64,000 bases of DNA from Marsupella aquatica (Eukaryota; Plantae; Marchantiophyta), in the NCBI GenBank assembly GCA_973895155.1, contig OZ316892.1:26063233-26127232 (forward strand), written 5' to 3'. This document shows positions 13,745 through 25,722 of the stretch, one piece after another. Each line of letters begins with the position of its first letter. Within the stretch, counting starts at the first letter, position 1. The notes beneath the pieces were generated by a model, which did not search any database, was not told the DNA's origin, and saw only the letters and a list, made by a program, of their open reading frames with translations. A program made the translations under genes and the position numbers.

Positions 13745-13930
13745 CGGACTGAAAACCGCCTAGAATGGACAGATTCCCTACTGTAGTCGGTGTCCACTTA
13801 CTTACAATCACAATCTATCTGTACAAAATTGTAACACAGACTGAAAACCGGTTAGAATGGACAGATTCGCTACTGTAGCCGGTGTGCACTTAATTATTTA
13901 CAAGTCACAATCTGAATGGAATTGTAACAC
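13745..13930. repeat. Two ~92-bp direct tandem copies
   Basis: 'gactgaaaaccg..tagaatggacagattc.ctactgtag.cggtgt.cactta' occurs at about 13747 and 13839. Confidence 0.8.
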
Positions 13931-15269
13931 GTGCTATGTCAGTTTTTCCTGATGTATTGCTTTGGTCAATTTGGGGTTCTCAAAGTTCACAAGGGCTTTT
14001 TGACAAAGTGCTTGGTCCATCCGTGCTTCCTTTTCCAGAAACTACCCAGTTCATCCAAGCAAAAAGTGTAAAATAATTTTTACAAACCATGTTCTTTGTT
14101 TTTTGACAAATGACAACACAATTTAGCATTCACTGATAGCAAATGCACTCAATTATAGGTAACTAAGAATGCTGAATATTTAATCTGACTGGCTAGTAGA
14201 AAAATTAAAGGTGAATACAAAATGGAATCCATGTATCATATCTGACCAAAGAGTTTGGGTTTGAAAAGTTCTCATCATAGCATGTTAAACCCAATCCATA
14301 TACTTAGTTGTTTGGAAAGCTTTCATTGATCCGTCACGAGCCCAAAAAGATTGAAAATTGACTTAGATATGGTCATATTAGTAGCAAACAAGACTGGCAG
14401 GAAGCAAGCTGCACAATAGGATTGTTGCCCTGGAGAAGGAAAGCCCCCCTTTAAATTTGTATTACAAGGTACAGAACTTGTCTTCTAAAATAATGGTAGC
14501 GCTTACCTTCTTCACATGTTGCTGTTTTAAGTTTTGTGGCTTTGGTTGAGGCCTTTGTAGCAAAGCCATGTTGTGACGAAAACAGCTCCAATATAAATCT
14601 CAGTTCATTATTTGAAACACGCTTGGTCTGTGATCAAAGAACTAGTTCATTTGTGAATTATAATCCTTTGTACATATATGTATATATCATACATAGACAC
14701 AAGGCCAAAGAACAAAGGCACCAAACCTAGCTGGAGACATGGTCCCAATGGCCAAAAACCCAATAAAGGGGGGAAAGGATGAAGACCCAAAGGAGACCAA
14801 AGAGGCCTCACCACAATCCTGAGGGTCCCAGGCAGCACAGAAGAACAAAAAGCCTTGTACAGGAAAGAACTAAGTGCTGAGTTGAGTCATTTGGTGCAGC
14901 AGTAGTATTCAATTTCCTGGGTGATGATTCAAGAGAGTCAAAGTAGTTGGTAGTGTCAGTTTCCTCAGTAGACAAAAGTGCAGCTCGGTCCTCCCACCAA
15001 GTTGATGTCAGCCTCATTCAACTTTAAGCATAAGTTTACTCAACTCACCCTTCAGGCTTGTCAAGTGCACTGTAGTTATAGGAAACTTTGGGTAAGAAAA
15101 TTATAGAGTATGAGCTTAAGCAAACTTGTCACATTAGAGTTTTCCCTAAAGCGCCAGAAGGCAGGTGAGTCGTTCCTCATTCTGACTTGGGTTCAGGGTG
15201 AGTTAAGGTTCCAACCTGATATGATTGAACTGTAGCGACCTGATATGATTGAGTTCATCACGATAATCT

Positions 15270-16056
15270 TCACGGGACCAGAGTAGAAACAGAAAACCCA
15301 CCAGCGCTCAACTCGCCAGACACTCACGAACTGATTAAGACCTCAGAAGAGGTTAATCGTCACAAAAATGTAAGGGAACTGTCGGGTAGGTTCTCCTTGC
15401 TAAGCAAGGGCTCGGCACCCTTGCAACATTGGACGGTATGTTTTTCATCATAGGTCGTACATGGTTCTCATGTTGAATCGACTCAAATCGAGTAAACCTC
15501 TCAACGACAACGAGCACATGGCAGATGGAATCCAGAGGAAGGTTCGTCATCACAGATATGCAACGAGATGGTTGCCGTTACTACAGAGGAAGAGCTCGGC
15601 AACCTGGAACAAGCAGGACCTTGAAACCTGAAAAAACGGCCATATGAAAGCGTAGACAACGATCCGAAGACCCAACAGCAGCGAAATCTAAGACATAGTT
15701 CTCTGACTCCCCCGACGAATCACGAATCCAGCTTCCACAAAGCAATGGATGCAGCTCGTTCCATCGCAACAATAATATTCCTCCTCATCTATGTCGCAGA
15801 CAAAAAATCTCTCTAGAAAACCGCAGCGGACCCTTGTAGAAGTTCGTGAGACAGAATGCGGGCTTCAGCTCCTCTTTGCACCAGTATCACTCGCAACATC
15901 TTATAGCGCCATTGGGGAGGGTTTGGCAGGCGGACAAAGATTGCAGTTTTCAATCTACAGAACGGCTCCAGAACCCTAAAGTTTTATTTCCTTCGTGATC
16001 ACCTCTGCCATCGTTTCTTTTCGGAGCACCGTGTCCAAGGAACCCAAATGAGCCCC
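15270..16056 (-). repeat. Right arm of the ~790-bp inverted repeat
   Basis: It is the reverse complement of 3910-4716 and ends AGCCCC|tta. Confidence 0.92.
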
Positions 16057-16621
16057 TTAAGATTGAGGCTAATCAATAACATTAGCATTGATTAGCCCCA
16101 TACCTGCTTGCCCGCTGTCCACTATTTCTGGCTTGAATTGACAAACATGTTGTCAAACATCACAACTTGTCATTTGTTGGTTAAAAAAGGGGTCAAATGT
16201 CGCATATTCGCTAATATTCCCCAACCGGTTGGGACAGGCCGGGGTCCGTCCGGGACTGGTCAGGCCCGGGGACGAACGGGTGTGACACATGTCGGATGTT
16301 GGGGTCTAGACCGCTCATTTGTTGGACAAGTCCAAACTGGGCTAGTAGTCCAAACTTTGGTATAAGGTTGAATACCTTGAGCAAACCACTTTGGACACCA
16401 GCTGCCCCTAGGCTGGGTGGTAGAGGAGCTCATTGAGATGAGGGGTATGCTTTTGTCATTTATGCTTTTGTCATTCACCCGACCCAGAAGTGGGGATCAT
16501 TCACCCTCTAGTTGCACTTAGAAAAAGTGTAAGTGCGAACAAAAAATGGGCAGTGGCCGGCTTAAAGAGTACTTATGAGCCTCGAACTTGTCTTTTGTCG
16601 TGAATCTAAACCCTATACAAG

Positions 16622-16836
16622 GAGCCCCTCTAAATTGGGGGTTAAGCAATTGATGGTGGATTTTATTTTTCATTCCATTCATTCACAAAAACATATTACA
16701 ACAGGGCATCCAAAGGGTAACTCCAGAATGGTGGATGTTTTCCTCAAGAGAAAGGGTCCCAAACTATAATTAACCAAAGCACAGAAACGTCTCAGCAGTT
16801 GCCATCAGTTGCCTGACCCCCAATTTAAAGGGGCTC
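16622..16836. mobile_element. MITE-like element with ~35-bp terminal inverted repeats
   Basis: The left end gagcccctctaaattgggggttaagcaattgatgg matches the reverse complement of the right end, gagcccctttaaattgggggtcaggcaactgatgg. No clear TSD. Confidence 0.65.
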
Positions 16837-19069
16837 AATGTGGGTGAGGCCAAACTAAACCTGCCTTCCTCAGCTGTTCCCTAACCCGGAAACTGGTCAT
16901 TGTGTAGGAGTCGAGTCACCGTGTCTACCATTGGCTCGAAAGTGTTGCTTCTGATTGCAGATTATTATTTTTAATTAAGTTACCCCAAACTGCATAAACT
17001 TCTCAAGTTGCCCCCAACACTACTTAGACTAGTAAGATGCCCGAGTCATGCATTAATCTTAGCCCCATTTTCTAACTGTTTGAGGTGTTTATGGCCACCT
17101 GATTGCTTGCAAGGGGCAATATAGTGATTAGGTTAGTTTAGGTGGCATTCTGAAAAAGTGGGTGCAATTTATTAATTAGTTTAAATGGCATATTTGCTGC
17201 CCAAGTGGTGTCCTGGCTAGGAGAAAACCCTACGCTTTTCTGGGAACTAAGCTATGAATCTTTGTGTTAACTAGGACATCCCAGGACACTTGGGGCACTC
17301 AACTCCTTGCCCAAGGGCACTAAAACAGAAAATATGCCTAAGTGCTTCAAATCCGCACAATTCAAGGCATGGTTTGTTGAACAGTCATATAAAACTTAGA
17401 TGGCCCAAATTGTCTCCAGTTTTTAGATCTGAAATTGAATTGAGGATTTCAATAAGTTGAGCTCTAAACTAGCAATCTGGGGCTGACCCAACACGTTATA
17501 GTTGGAAAGTCTAATTCTACACAATTGACTTCTTCAACTCCATAGGATAACATCATAAATGTAGATTACTTTCCTTAACTCTGGGATGAGGCCAATTTCC
17601 AAACAGGAACAAATCAACAAAAGAATCCTGGAAAACACATGTTTCTACACCTATCATAAATGGCCTCGTTTGGGAATTTGAGTAATGAAAGAACACCTTA
17701 CGCTAAACAAGGTGTGAATTTTTAGTTTTTTTACTGACTCTTCGTTTCTATCACCATTTCGATGATAAATTGCGAGTGTACAAGATTGAATATCACTCTG
17801 CTTCATGTGGGTGCAAGACAGGATATAACGATTGATCTCAACAGATTAGATTGGTTTTCAGCAAACTCAAGGAGTCTCAAGCAGAGTCATGTCAAAGCAC
17901 TCTGCGGAGACGTTTAAAGAGCAATCTCTCTCTCACACCCGGCCAGAATTCACCACCTTGTTCCCTCTTCAGAGCCAACAAAGTTGATGGATGTAGATTT
18001 GTAGGATTCTTCCTCAAAGACCCATCAAACTTTTGCCCGCATTGCTTCTGTTATTGTAGCCAAAACTTTCCCGCTTTTCCCGTGAACTTCAGAATCCATA
18101 CTCGACATAAGACTCTGATAATGGCTTTCGAATTGTCGTAAATTGAAACTTTGCCGAATATGAGATAATTTGGCCCTCATACAGGATCGCCACGCACTTG
18201 CCTACCACGTACGAAGTCCCTTGCTTTCACTTCACAAAAGTGACAATTAAAAAAGTCTTCACCTATCAAATCTTATCTTACAGTCTAACATAGCTGACAG
18301 TAACCCCACAAAGCCGGATTGCAAACATAGCTGCATGTGGAGGTATAAATGATAAAGAAACCGGAGAGCAAAACCTGAAGAGACATGCAACATCAAATCT
18401 TCTTCCGATGTCCAGCAATTATATCAGAATGCCTGATCAAGCTGAACGGTCGATCCTAAAAATCTCGATTGATTAAATTTCTTAATGAGGAGCGGTTACT
18501 ACAACCACCACCAGGTGAACACAATTGAGTTTCCCTAGAATACTACTCGATACCAGTTATGCTGGCAAAATCGGTTTTTCTTCACAGCTGAGGGCCAGAA
18601 GCAGAACTACCTCCAAGACTCCTTCAAAGGAGGCAGAGTCCGGCTTTCAAACTAGCCCAGTGAGAAGGTAACGAGACTTATGTGCCGTATTATCTCACTG
18701 TACTCTCTATTCTACAGAGCATGCTTCATATATATAAGGTCTCCACCCACACGCTCGTGCAGAGGATCAGCTGAATTGTGCCCTCCGAAACAATGAAATT
18801 TCCTTTGTACAAAACGCGTGCCTGTCAAAATCCGTCACTAAGAAGACCGTCAAAATCGTTGCGACCTGACTAATCTCGTCGTTCCACTCACTACTGCAGT
18901 GATCATCCCCTCAAGATTCTTTTCGTTGATACCAAAAGACAGCAGTTGGACGTTTTCCTGCCAGAGATTGACCATTTCTGCTGGTAGTGTTCAACATACC
19001 GAGGAAAACTACACCAGAACTAGTGTTGATGATAATGTACAACATATGTATCAACCTATTTACCATGTC

Positions 19070-20453
19070 CTAAGTGCCTACATACGGACCCCGACTTGCA
19101 GTGGGCGCACCGTATGAATATCTCCATTGATTACAGGCTCCACAGTTCGTCAACAACTCATCATTTCTCAAAGTGCAAAATTTGTAGGTCCAAGACTTTG
19201 AATCCTTCGTGACCGCTTGCATTCTAAGAGTTGCACATGCTTCACACGTCACCGACAATGGCTGAAATAGGACAAACAACACAGATTAGTAATCGAAGAG
19301 AATGCCCAGAAACAAATGTATGGAAAAAACAATTTAAAGCCAACCAAGCCATAGACTTCAGTCAAGCAAGATTTGAAACACAATCTGGGATGGAATTTTC
19401 CACACGATTCACCTAGTTACTATTGCTCCAATATAGACTCAGTAGTACAAGAATGTTTATTTCAGATCGAATCCAGCACACTTACTTGATTCAGTAAAGT
19501 GCAAACGTGACACTCCCATGAAGAAGCCTCTTGGGATGCTGGTCCTTGACCATCACCGATATGAATCGGATTACTCTGACTGCCACCAACATCATAACCT
19601 CCACGGCCCCTGCTACCAGTCACTGATTGTCCCCTAGTACCAACCCTCCGGAGGAACCATTAGCCGTTCTGTTCGAGGAGCTGACATCACCACCCATTAT
19701 CCGTCCTGAGCCTGTTCCTTCCAAGGCACTGCCCTGAGAATTTTCTCGTAAACCACGATTCTCTTTGGTAGATGAGCTATTCAAGTTTACTCCAGGTTGG
19801 TCCTTTGACCCACTGGATGCTTCCCTCTCTCGAGCTTTGTCCAAAGCCATCCTCACCAGTAGTTACGGGTGCAGCACACCACAGATCGTCCCTCATTCGC
19901 CTCTCTGCTGCCATACCGGCAGCTTGCACAGGGCTCAACGCATTCATGATATCACTGTCGCCGCCCAGACCGCGTGGACCAGAGGCATTGTTGCCGCCAT
20001 TTTCGCGCGTTTCTCAGCAGCAGCCAGAGCCACTTGGCGAAGAGTAGTGGGTGGAGGATTGTATCTGAACCCTCCAAGTCGATACCCACGGGCATCAAAT
20101 CCTTGTCCTGTCCCTTTGATACACTTGATCATCAGCTCCTCGCATTCCTGCATGTAAGAATCCAAATTCAATACCTCGCTTACAGCTGGAGACAAAACGC
20201 AAGTCTAAACTGGCTACAAAACTGACCTTTCAGACCACGAATCTCAACTCAAATTACCCTTTTTAGTTCATCCAGAAGCTTTAAAAAGGCAGCATCATGA
20301 GGTCCACACTGAATGTGGGTCAATTCATGGAGCATTGTTCCGAGTGTTTCCTCGTACTCGAACAGCTGAGGGTCGCTCCGATGTCTCCTCAGTCGAATTC
20401 GAATCTCACGCCCGCCATCTATGTTCAATCCCAATAAAGAAGGATTTTGGGGA
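19070..20453 (-). pseudogene. WSS1: Wss1/WLM metalloprotease exons 2-4 (20453-20258, 20147-19486, 19261-19070), frameshifted
   Basis: Translates to PQNPSLLGLN..IRLRR..TMLHELTHIQCGPH (HExxH), ECEELM..GTGQGFD..RLGG, and RanBP2-type fingers WECHVCTLLN and WTYKFCTLRN..CGAC..WRYSYG. There is a 1-bp deletion at about 19982 (SGPRGLGGDSDIM is in another frame), a probable second shift near 19850, and a Cys-to-Tyr change in the last finger. Confidence 0.9.
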
Positions 20454-20684
20454 CTGCAACCCATTCCAAGCAACTCGATGAGTAGACCAATACGCATTAG
20501 CGCATTCAAAAGACAGCATGCAGTTCCGATGCAACCTCCGGACGAGACACACTGACAAGCTTGGGTACAGTAATCCCGTTGGTCCTGAATTTCCTCCTTT
20601 TGTTCATTTATGACTCAGGCAACGTTACCTCGCGTTGTCTGTTCCTATAACCGAAAACCCTAGACATCACCTAAAATTCGATGC

Positions 20685-21272
20685 AGGGAAACTACTACGA
20701 TGTATCGCTCATCGTAAGTGCTCCCTATTCGAAATAGTATTTCTTGCCTTAATTATGTCGAATCTCGTACAACTTGAGCGTCCTTTTACAATCTGCACGT
20801 CCTTTGAGCCTCAATAATTGGTGAGAACAAAAAGAAGCCAGTTACATTTCCCTCTGGATGTCCTTTTATTAGATTCAAGTAAATGGTGAGAACAAAGTCA
20901 ATATTTGGTGAGAATAGAGAGAAACCAGTGTCATTTCCTACTCGACAGATGGAACATTTTTGCCCACTGTCTGGAGTCTTCACTCTAATCCATATATAAC
21001 CTTAATTCTTGTTCTTGTATAGTTAGATCGACATACTTTTAGCTGTGAATACAGCGACCAGCACTGGAGTGCTACAAATAATCACTCGCGTCATGAATGT
21101 TGATTGTTGACGCAGAATGCCTACAACGAAGCCGCCATGATCAACCCGACCTACCTTGCTAACGGAGACGTTAGAAGCGGAACAGAATGTGGAACAGTGC
21201 AATGCACTATCCCCGACCGGAGCACCGTGTGCCAAGCTGATAACTACTATGCAGCTCCAGACGGAGCATGCA
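20685..21272 (+). pseudogene. Truncated thaumatin-like paralog fragment (partial exon to 20713, intron, exon 21116 to ~21272)
   Basis: NYYDVSLI|gtaagt ... cag|NAYNEAAMINPTYLANGDVRSGTECGTVQCTIPDRSTVCQADNYYAAPDGACI parallels the intact gene at 23009-24281, with the same intron position. Both ends are missing. Confidence 0.85.
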
Positions 21273-21520
21273 TTGCACTGTTCCACATTCTGTCCCGCAA
21301 GGTAGGTCGGGTTTTTTTTTAATTTTTGCATAAAGGTGAGTGTGAGACTCTAGAAAGAAGAAAAATGAGTTAATTCTGCTTTCTACTCCCTTTGTTCCTT
21401 CTATGTATTTCATTCATTTGTGCATTTTATTCTGTTTATGTCATGGTGCCAAGAAAGAAAGCCCGGGGAAGGAATGGAGTGGCATAGGAGTGAAGAAAGA
21501 GTAAAAAGGGGGGGGGGGGA

Positions 21521-21767
21521 GTGCAATTTTTTCGTGGTTGAGATTAGGACTAATGGTTTCCCGTGCATGCAATAAAATTGGTTCAGCTATGACGACAAAA
21601 ATTCAAGATTACGTCGCATTGCAAGATTTAGAATTAGAGTTCCATTTTACTCATTACAATTAGAGAAACCTTGGGGCGGGGGGGAAACAGGGAACCAATT
21701 TTATGGCATGCACGGGGAAACCAGTAGTCCTAATCTCATATTACCTTCAACCACGAAAAAATTGCAC
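21521..21767. mobile_element. MITE-like element with ~64-bp terminal inverted repeats
   Basis: gtgcaattttttcgtggttg..agattaggacta..ggtttcccgtgcatgc.ataaaattggttc (21521-21584) is mirrored at 21692-21767. Confidence 0.8.
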
Positions 21768-23008
21768 GTTCTTGCAAACTCAACAGGTCGTTCGGCGACT
21801 TGACCGAATTCAGTGAACAGCACCCTTTTGTGCAGCTATTGTAGCTTTCCAAAGCTAGCTTGCTGTTATATAACAAGCTTCGGTGCACTCAAGAGCTGGA
21901 TTACTGTGGACCGGTGTCGTCCGAGCAACCCGCCGAGCAAGTAAAACATATTGGGTTGGGGTCATACGTTTATCGACAACATTTTCCAACCGGTTGATTT
22001 GAACCTCCCGAATCTCAATTCGAATAGGCGGTGATCTCGATTCCTGTGGTACTGGACCACAATTCGATCCCATTCGGTTTCTCTCCGTCAACTGCTTCAG
22101 TGGATCCATTCAGGGAGAGTTCCAAACCAACTTTGATTTTCTCATTTCTTGTATATATATACGGACATCTCTTTAATTTCTACAATTCAGTGACCACGTA
22201 CTATATCGAGCAGTACCTTCCGATCTAGCGAAATTAAGTGATTAGTCAAGTCCCTCTGTCTGTATAGTAGCCGGCTGACCGATCTCTCGGACATTGCTCT
22301 TTGCTACGATGGTAAATTATGTCTGCCCCGCAATGCAGTGACGAAGGCTATACAATTAACGAACGGTAAGGTAGTACCTTGAGTCAACAGCGGCCGGGCC
22401 TAAATTTAGTAAGTTATTGAAGATCGTTTCCCAAGCACAAACTTCAAGACTTAACTGACGCTTGTGTAGCAATCCCGTCAGCTCATTCCCACGTGTCTGT
22501 CTTACTTTATTGCACGCTCTAGAGTTGGGGTAATGCGGAACTGTATCACATGAGCATGCAGCTTGACCTGAGCTAGTAGAAACCGGTATCAAGGTCGAGA
22601 GCCATGAGGATAAATAGCTCGTCCCCGTACGTAACCCTTCTTTCATTTGAAGTACCATATTTGGATGTCGATCATGCATTGAGATCGAGTTACAAGTCCT
22701 TAGACAAAGGTGAAAATAGTATATGACATATATATTGAGAGGTACTTTCTTAGACAAAGTGAAAATAGACTATGACATAAACATACGTGATAAGGAATTC
22801 AAAACATGTCTGACTTGAAAAAAGAGTAATTGCATCCCTGGTATGCAACTCTTATATAGGCAGGAGTCTTCATTATTATATAGCCTAAGAAGCTAATTAT
22901 CTGAGCTCCAAAACTTCCATAGTCACCTAATACTCAGACACACTATCTCAGACACACACTGTCTGTAGTAACTTATACTACCACATTATTTCTGTAGCTG
23001 TTCACCAC

Positions 23009-23971
23009 TCATGGGCACCAAATAGCGTCATAGTTGGACCCAGTGTTGCAAGCATACCCAACATTGACCTCATTGCTGTAGGCAAAAGCATCGGGGCATG
23101 CATTCTGGAACAGGTCGGTACCCGGTGTGGATCCGATGCCCGGACCATCTTTGTTAATGCATGCTCCATCGGGACCCGCAACGTAATTCCCATTTTGGCA
23201 CACGGTGCTGAGGTCGGAGATAGTGCATGACACTGTCCCACATTCAAACCCGCTTCTGTAGTCTCCATTAGCAAGGAATGTAGGGTTGATCATGGCGGGC
23301 TCGTTGTAGGCATTCTGCGCGCAGATCGGCGTACAGCCGACAAAAACCAACGACCTCTAAATGTCAGCTAGTCACCCTCGAACGATATAAAGTAATAGGC
23401 CAGGCAGCGAAAGAAATCAATCAATGCTAGTTAGCAATACATGGTATGCATTAGACGCTAGCTTGCAAGCACAAATGGTTCTAGCCCAATAGTGAAGGTT
23501 TCTGAACTTAGTGAATCTCCTACTGAGTCAGCAGTTATCATGGTATGGCCGAGTTCTGAGACGCCCTCTTGTACGTAGCTGTGGTTTAATTTTCGACAGT
23601 AAAATGAAAGCCAAACGTATCATACATACAAGTTCGAATCTTGAGGACTTACGACGAGGGATATATCGTAGTAGTCACGACCGGCGCTGCCAATAGTGAA
23701 TTCGAGCTGCGTACACTGGCCATTGTTGTCGTTGGCATGCTGTGAAGCCCACAGTACCCCGCCAGTCCATGGATTTGGTAACCCTAGCTGGGTGACATCG
23801 CCTGAAGCAAGGGTGACGTGCTGGTCCGTAGTACCCTGGCTCCGGTAGAAGATCGTGAGCGCGTAAGGGCACTGATTGACCGCCCGGATGTCAGCTGAGG
23901 GCACAGTCTCAAACCGAGTTCTCATTAGTCCAAATTAAATCGTGATCGATCACTCGGGCGATCACTCAGAA

Positions 23972-24020
<49 letters not shown>

Positions 24021-24281
24021 GCAGCTGCCAATAATCAAATTTCTCGAAAAAGAACGTGAATCCTGTAAAGCTAGAGCAGCTAGCCCGGTGCATTAATATG
24101 GACACTACATGCAATTCTTAGATACACTTCAGATATTCAATCTTTCTGAAAGGGGCTTACAGACTTGTAGAAGCACAAGAAAACAAACAGACCGACATTC
24201 ACCTTCTGCTGGAAGCAGATACGCAGACACGAGCAACAGTGCTGCAATGAAAGCTGTCTTTGAATCGAAGGAGAACGCCAT
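23009..24281 (-). CDS. Secreted thaumatin-like (PR-5) protein, ~208 aa; exons 24281-24203, 23894-23653, 23314-23009
   Basis: It has a signal peptide (MAFSFDSKTAFIAALLLVSAYLLPAEA), NQCPY, TQLEFT..DYYDISLVNAYN, FQNACPDAFAYS and a terminal IWCP. Introns are GT-AG with consistent phases, giving 627 nt. Confidence 0.9.
23976..24018. repeat. (TA)n microsatellite in intron 1 of the thaumatin-like gene
   Basis: About 21 TA units read directly. Confidence 0.95.
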
Positions 24282-25722
24282 AGTGAACAAACGTATGGAA
24301 GAGCTCAACGACGATGATGATGAATGCGTAGTAGCTCGGACGCGACAGGTGCAATTAGAGCAAGCTGTTTGGTCGAAAAGGTTTACGCTCACGGACAGAA
24401 TTGAAGCATTCAAACACTCGAAGTATTCTGCTTCGCTTTGAAGGATGATGGGGACTAGAGAGCTATTTATTCTAGCTCATGGCTCTGGATCCTGATACCC
24501 GTATCCGCATAAGCTCAAGCTTCTTGCTCACGTGTCAGAGCGTCAATTCATAAAGTCTTTGGGGGTCAAACCAATTTCTCGATATCTGAAACAGCTGGAA
24601 AAATTACGGGTTGAATTGGTCCCTTCAATCACCACCACGTCGGCTTCATTTCTTGTAAGGAACGGAAGCTACGCACTTGGAGCCCTACCAGCCCCCGGGG
24701 TTTAGACTTTGCTGACCGTGATATTTCATGCTTACACGGTACTAGGAAACTTCTCCCTGGATTCTAGTCTCAAAAATAACATTGTTACATTCTTAAAAAA
24801 TGACATGACATGCAGATCAACTTTAGAAACAGAGGTTCAAGTTTCAACCAAGAGTGTTTTTGCTTCAGGGCTTCAATTGTTTTCTTGTGCTGTATTTTCA
24901 GTTAAAACAGGCTAGCTCGAGGCTCCCTTTTTCCAAGACAAGATCTACCTCTCGTGCAGGCTGTGGTATGGGCAATCGTGTCCATATCAGGGATGTAACC
25001 GTGGCAGCTGAATTCAACGGAGAATTGACCGTGATGGATATACTTCGTATAGTTCTTTTCTCTGGTGTCTGTCAGTCTACCTGCTTTTACATATTTTTGA
25101 TTTCTAACATTGGATACATAGCTCCAACCACAGACTTGATGGGGCCTGAGTGAAACAAACCCCAAACCAGGCCCAGTCTTTTGAAATTAAGGGACCTGCT
25201 GGGGCTCTCCGTCCCTGCCACCCGTGTACAATACCTGCCAGAGCCCTCATTCCCTCTCCTCAACTTACTCTCCTGAACTTAGTTAAGTGTCTCTACTCCC
25301 TCACTGTAGGATCGTCATGGTGCTCTAGAGGCAACCAGGCGGCTATTACTTTGTCTCCCACTGCATTCCGTCACACCACGCTGCAGCCCAATGTAATCTA
25401 AAGGGTGCCGCTAGTAATCTCAAGGGCGCCGTTGCGGAGGGTCACTCCGTTTTGTGTTAAACTAATACTGAAGTGCCTCCGTAAATCGGAACCGCAGCAT
25501 GGACGAGTACGAGTGACCCGCCCTTCAGAATACTCAGAGCAGCCTTTGTAACTCTAGCTGGGCACGTACCCCTAAAATTGCTCCGGGCTGCCCAGGACGT
25601 GAGGGATCGAGGGCAGTCGGGGACAAAGTATAAAGTGCCCTGCTGGTAATCACACATCAAAATGTGGTTGCATTCATTGATTGTGAAAGAAAAAAAACTA
25701 GGATTATCATGGCAGGGGTGTA

